64,000 nt of DNA. Origin: Candidatus Latescibacterota bacterium. GTDB taxonomy: Bacteria; Latescibacterota; UBA2968; GCA-2709665. Below are positions 59,611-64,000 of this stretch, one piece after another. The first letter of the stretch is position 1. Every line of letters starts with the position of its first letter. The stretch covers positions 3,520,001 to 3,584,000 of the forward strand of contig OZ244937.1 of NCBI GenBank assembly GCA_965222075.1, given 5' to 3'. Position numbers and translations under genes: made by a program. The notes under the pieces are model-generated. The model was given only the letters and a program-made list of their open reading frames with translations, searched no databases and was not told the origin of the DNA.

Positions 59611-59696
59611 AAACGTCATTTGGTCATGCAGCACGAGCTTCAAATCCAGAATCGTGGAGACGGACTACGATCCACGATAATCCCAAGGAGCCACTG

Positions 59697-59963
59697 ATGA
59701 AAGCGGACATCCACCCCGAGTATGTCGAAACCACCATCACCTGTGCCTGTGGAAACAGCCTGCAGACGTATTCGACGGTACCCAATCTCCGCGTGGAAAT
59801 CTGCTCCAGCTGTCACCCCTTCTACACAGGGAAACAGAGGCTGGTAGACACCGCCGGGAGGGTGGAACGCTACCGCCAGCGCTATGGGATCGAAGATCCA
59901 GAATCGGAACCAGAAGCGCAGCCCGCAGGTGAGGCGGATACTGTAGAAACCGCTGAAAGCTAG
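59697..59963 (+). CDS. rpmE: 50S ribosomal protein L31 (zinc-binding type)
   Basis: [23 protein letters not shown]. Confidence 0.96.
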   Translation: MKADIHPEYVETTITCACGNSLQTYSTVPNLRVEICSSCHPFYTGKQRLVDTAGRVERYRQRYGIEDPESEPEAQPAGEADTVETAES

Positions 59964-59981
59964 CAGAACTGCACGCATACC

Positions 59982-60040
59982 AAGGGTGAAACGGCGCCCG
60001 GCCGGACCGGTCGGCGCTGCTTCGCCCTTTTTGTTTTTTC
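59982..60040 (+). terminator. Intrinsic terminator after rpmE
   Basis: aagggtgaa...ttcgccctt stem followed by a long T run. Confidence 0.6.
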
Positions 60041-60083
60041 ACGCTATTTATTTATAATACAATTAGTTAATGGGGGGTTTTTG

Positions 60084-61177
60084 GTGTTTGGACAGCTGGA
60101 AAGTGTTGAAAAACGCTACGAGGAGATCAGCAAAAAAATGGCCCGCCCCGACGTGGCCGCCAATCCCGACCAGTTCCGCAAACTCACGCAGGAACTTCAC
60201 GGCTTGGAAGAGACCGTCACCACCTACCGGCACTACCGGGACGTCACCAGTGGTCTGGAGGAAGTCAGAGACATCCTCCAGAATTCCGACGATGCCGAAC
60301 TGGTTGAAATGGCCCGCATGGAGCAGGAGGAACTGCAACAGAAGGAGGCGGACCTTGCAGGCAAACTAAAACTCCTCCTCATCCCCAGGGATCCCAACGA
60401 CAGCAAGAATACGGTCGTGGAAATCCGCGCCGGCACCGGCGGGGAAGAGGCCGCCCTCTTCGCTGCAGACCTCTACCGGATGTACACCAAATACGCCGAA
60501 TCTCAGGGGTGGAAAACCGAAGTCCTCAGCTCCAATTCCACCGGCATCGGCGGCTACAAGGAGATCGTCTTCTCGGTTTCCGGCAACGACGTCTACGGCC
60601 GTCTGAAATACGAAGGCGGCGTCCACCGCGTGCAGCGCATTCCAGAAACCGAATCCAGCGGGCGCATCCACACCTCCGCTGCGTCCGTTGCTGTCCTCCC
60701 CGAAGCCAAAGAGGTCGAGATTGCCATCAACCCCGAAGACCTCAAAATCGAATCCTTCCGCTCCTCCGGGCCGGGCGGACAGAGCGTGAACACCACCGAC
60801 TCCGCCGTCCGCATCACCCACCTCCCCACCGATCTGACCGTGAGCTGCCAGGACGAAAAGTCCCAGCACAAAAACAGGGCTAAGGCCATGGTGGTCCTCC
60901 GTGCCCGCCTCTTAGACAGGGCCGTTCGAGAACAGCAGGAGAAGACCTCACGGGACCGCGGGGAACAGGTAGGCACCGGCGACCGCAGCGCCAAAATTCG
61001 GACCTACAACTTCCCGCAGGGCCGCATCACCGACCACCGTATCAAACTCAGTTGCACCGGCTGGAAGAGGTCCTCAACGGCGATTTAAACGAACTCATCG
61101 ACGCCCTGCGTCTGGCCGATCAGACCCAAAAAATGAAAACCCAGGAACAGAACGTCGCATCCATCACCGCCGATTAA
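60084..61177 (+). CDS. prfA: Peptide chain release factor 1, frameshifted near 61052
   Basis: [11 protein letters not shown] motif, GGQ, RTYNFPQ. The conserved tail [18 protein letters not shown] continues in another frame to TAA at 61177. Confidence 0.95.
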
Positions 61178-61183
61178 TTTCCC

Positions 61184-62041
61184 ATGTCCACCCTCGCCGA
61201 CGCCCTCGCCTGGACCGTCGATGCCCTTCGGGACGCCGGCATCCCAAACCCCCGGGCCGAAGCCGAATGGCTGCTGGCCGACCTGCGCTGCGTCTCCCGG
61301 CCCGAACTCCCCCTCCATGCCCACCAGGTCCTTACTCCAACCCAGCAGCAGCGCCTCCGGACCTCGGTTGGACAACGCCTGAAAAGGATCCCCCTCCAGC
61401 AGGTCCTGGGACAAACCGAATTCTTCTCCTTCCCCTTCAAAATCACCCCCCATGTCCTCATTCCCAGGCCCGAAACCGAGATCCTGGTGGAAACCCTCGT
61501 CAATCGCCTCAAAGGCTGCCCCGCTCCCAGAATTCTTGACATCGGCACCGGATCTGGCGCGGTCGCTGTAGCCCTGGCCCACACCCTGCCTGGAAGCCGA
61601 ATCGTTGCCACGGACCTCTCCGCCGACGCCCTCCAAACCGCCCGGGAAAACGTCCGCCTCAACCGTGTCGCGGATCGCATCGCCTTCCTCCGGGGCGACC
61701 TCCTCTCCCCCTTCTGCTCCCGACCCTTCTTCCACGCCCTCGCCTCCAATCCCCCCTATATCCCCTCAGCCGACCTGACGCGTCTCCAGCCCGAAGTCCG
61801 GGATTTTGAACCCCGCCTCGCCTTAGACGGCGGTCCCGACGGCCTCCGGTTCTACCGCCCCCTTATCTCACAGGCAGGCGCCTGCCTTCTCCGCGGAGGC
61901 TGGCTCGCCCTGGAGGTGGCAGACGGCCAGGCCCCCCGGGTAGCCGCCCTGCTCTCCCGGTGTTCTGAATTCGGGCAGATCGAAACTGTTCGGGACCTCG
62001 GCGGCATAGAACGCGTCCTGCTGGCCAGAAAAAGGGACTGA
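61184..62041 (+). CDS. prmC: Release factor glutamine methyltransferase
   Basis: VLIPRPETE, LDIGTGSG, SNPPY, ALDGG.DGL. Confidence 0.95.
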   Translation: MSTLADALAWTVDALRDAGIPNPRAEAEWLLADLRCVSRPELPLHAHQVLTPTQQQRLRTSVGQRLKRIPLQQVLGQTEFFSFPFKITPHVLIPRPETEILVETLVNRLKGCPAPRILDIGTGSGAVAVALAHTLPGSRIVATDLSADALQTARENVRLNRVADRIAFLRGDLLSPFCSRPFFHALASNPPYIPSADLTRLQPEVRDFEPRLALDGGPDGLRFYRPLISQAGACLLRGGWLALEVADGQAPRVAALLSRCSEFGQIETVRDLGGIERVLLARKRD

Positions 62042-62198
62042 CTTTTGGCCGGTCCACGGTTCAAACCATCCTGCGCACGAGCGGGTATCGCGGAGTGACG
62101 AAATCGAACGCGGCGAGCGGGATGCCCGCGAAAGGTTGAAGGCAACCATGAAGGGGCATCGCAGGTACGTGGCCGGAGAATGAGAAAATAGGGGGCCT

Positions 62199-62966
62199 AT
62201 GCGAATCACAACCTGGAACGTCAACGGGCTGCGCGCGGCCCTGCGCAAGGGATTTGCGGATCATATCGACAAGATCGCGCCGGACGTGCTGCTGCTCCAG
62301 GAAATCCGGACGCTGCCGGAGCAACTTCCCGGAGCGTGGGCTACGCCTTCAGGCTGGCATGTCTGCTGGCATCCTGCAAAGCGAAAAGGCTATTCGGGCA
62401 CCGCGATCTGGGCCCGGTATCCCATCGAAGTAATCGGCACCGGCATCGGAGGCGCCGACCCGGAAGGTCGAATTCTACGGGTACGTGTGCGGGGGGTGCA
62501 ACTCGTCAGCGTCTACCTGCCGTCGGGGTCATCCAGCGAGGAACGGCAGCTCATCAAAGAAGAGGTGTGGATGGTAAACTTCCTGCCCTGGGCGCAGGCC
62601 CTGCTGCCCCTGAACGAACCTGTGGTCCTGGGCGGCGATTTCAACATCGCCCACACAAAGCGGGATATCTTTTACGCGAAAGGCAACGAAAAAAACTCCG
62701 GCTTTCTGCCCCGGGAACGCGCATGGATGGGAGACCTTATCAAAACCGGGTGGCGCGACTTTGTACGGGAACACTACGGGAACACCCAGGGCCCGTACTC
62801 GTGGTGGTCCAACCGGGGACGCGCCCGCGAACTGGACCGGGGGTGGCGCATCGACTATCTGCTCGGCAACGCCGCAACGGCCCGGCGGTTCAAATCGGCT
62901 TACGTCCACCGGGAAGGCGGCTTGACCGTATCCGACCACGCGCCAGTGACGATTGACCTGGTGTGA
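62199..62966 (+). CDS. xth: Exodeoxyribonuclease III
   Basis: TWNVNGLR, LQE, GDFNIAH, GWRIDY, SDHAPV. Confidence 0.94.
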   Translation: MRITTWNVNGLRAALRKGFADHIDKIAPDVLLLQEIRTLPEQLPGAWATPSGWHVCWHPAKRKGYSGTAIWARYPIEVIGTGIGGADPEGRILRVRVRGVQLVSVYLPSGSSSEERQLIKEEVWMVNFLPWAQALLPLNEPVVLGGDFNIAHTKRDIFYAKGNEKNSGFLPRERAWMGDLIKTGWRDFVREHYGNTQGPYSWWSNRGRARELDRGWRIDYLLGNAATARRFKSAYVHREGGLTVSDHAPVTIDLV

Positions 62967-63412
62967 GGGGATTCCTCCTCAACAGGAGACACAGGCTGAG
63001 CCGGTCGAGGTGCATAAAGGCCCGAAAGAAGCCAAAGTAGAAGTCTCCGCCGAAGCGTCTGATGTCTCCTTTACAGTCACGGCCTGGGCCATTTGCGCGT
63101 GCGAGGACGACCTGCCGTCGAGTTGGCCTCCACCTTTAATCAATGTCAAGCGAGCGGTGAAGTATGCGCTCAAGACCATGAACGAGGCTGCACAGACTCA
63201 CCTTCCGGCACCCCAAGTGATTTCTGCTCGCATCTTCTCTCGAAAACCGGCGCTTTGGAGCCTTCTCAAGGGCTTCCTGAAGCCTCTTGGGTCTCTCGAA
63301 CCGGTTCTACGTGAATGGGCGACGAACGGAGCACTATAGTTACCCAAACGGACCAGGACTTTTTACGAATGCGTCATGATTGAGTACACCTTTTTTTCGA
63401 TACGAAAACCAA

Positions 63413-64000
63413 TCAGTTCGCAACACGCGGCAGTTCATAACACGCGGCTTCCCTGTCGTTTCTAACCAGCAAGTAGAGCCCCGCGAGTACGGGGTTGTTC
63501 CAGGTCTTGCTGTTTAACGCGGAAAGACGGGCGCGTTCCTTAAATTCATCGGGGTTGACGTCAACTAAGACCACATCGCCCGATTCTGCCTGGATAAGCA
63601 GCAGGTCGCCGACCATCATAAGCTGTCCGTGGCCGTACCGGCCCCGTTTCCATCTGCGCCGGCCGTTGGCCAGGTCCAGGCATACAAGAACGCCGTCGTC
63701 CAGCCCGTAAATATACCCGTCCCGGTGGACGACATTGGTGAATTTGGCCTTGAGCCGGGGAGTCTCCCACACTAAGGAAACGCTAAACCCGTTTTTCCCG
63801 TCACGCGAAATTTGAAACAGCTTGCAGCCGATGCCGTAACCGGTTGACACGAAAACGCGGCCTCCCGGCAGGGGCACAGGCTGGGCCACGTGCTGAATAC
63901 CGCCGCCCCTGGGCCAGGGGCGCTGCCAGAGGACCTGGCCGGTGAGTGGATCGTGCGCAGCCACACTGCCGCGGTTGAAGATGAGGATCTGATCGATGCC
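63413..64000 (-). CDS. PQQ-binding-like beta-propeller protein, 5' partial
   Basis: TGQVLW, YIYGLDDGVLVCLD..GRRRWK, KTWNNPVL; the gene runs off the window end. Confidence 0.8.
   Translation of the reverse strand, partial: GIDQILIFNRGSVAAHDPLTGQVLWQRPWPRGGGIQHVAQPVPLPGGRVFVSTGYGIGCKLFQISRDGKNGFSVSLVWETPRLKAKFTNVVHRDGYIYGLDDGVLVCLDLANGRRRWKRGRYGHGQLMMVGDLLLIQAESGDVVLVDVNPDEFKERARLSALNSKTWNNPVLAGLYLLVRNDREAACYELPRVAN

Noticed and set aside
62953-63380. 128-aa ORF and an IS-end-like gactttttacgaatgcgtca sequence
   Set aside because: No transposase motif, no matching second end and no target duplication found

Overview
GC-rich bacterial chromosome segment. An FCB-group or Latescibacterota-like origin is my inference from the short RpoD-type sigmas and the ECF style. 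The core content is MoxR/DUF58, the argR-C-B-D-G-H operon, murD, cca, murA, rlmN, an M23 peptidase, larC, HU, glnD, rho-rpmE-prfA-prmC and xth. An accessory island at about 5.1-15.8 kb holds TA genes, pseudogenes and an integrase-less integron cassette array: three clear attC sites and 1-2 degenerate ones, all or mostly on the minus strand. One cassette carries an inverted ECF sigma/anti-sigma pair. The best candidate for a new system is at 46.5-51.4 kb: a cytoplasmic PAS kinase and a GAFTGA activator lie directly upstream of twin enhancer palindromes and a sigma54 -24/-12 promoter. That promoter heads an EIIA / sigma70-paralog / EIIA operon, next to a kinase-receiver-glnD unit. Other notable items are an ECF sigma fused to two DUF151 domains plus an Ig domain, a BpsA-like polyamine synthase coupled to a DUF2156 gene, a RepB-primase-like gene coupled to argH, and a 343-bp mini-IS256. 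prfA and rlmN each carry a single-base frameshift, probably a sequencing error. No rRNA, tRNA or CRISPR array was seen. All family calls come from motif recognition by eye, not from database searches.
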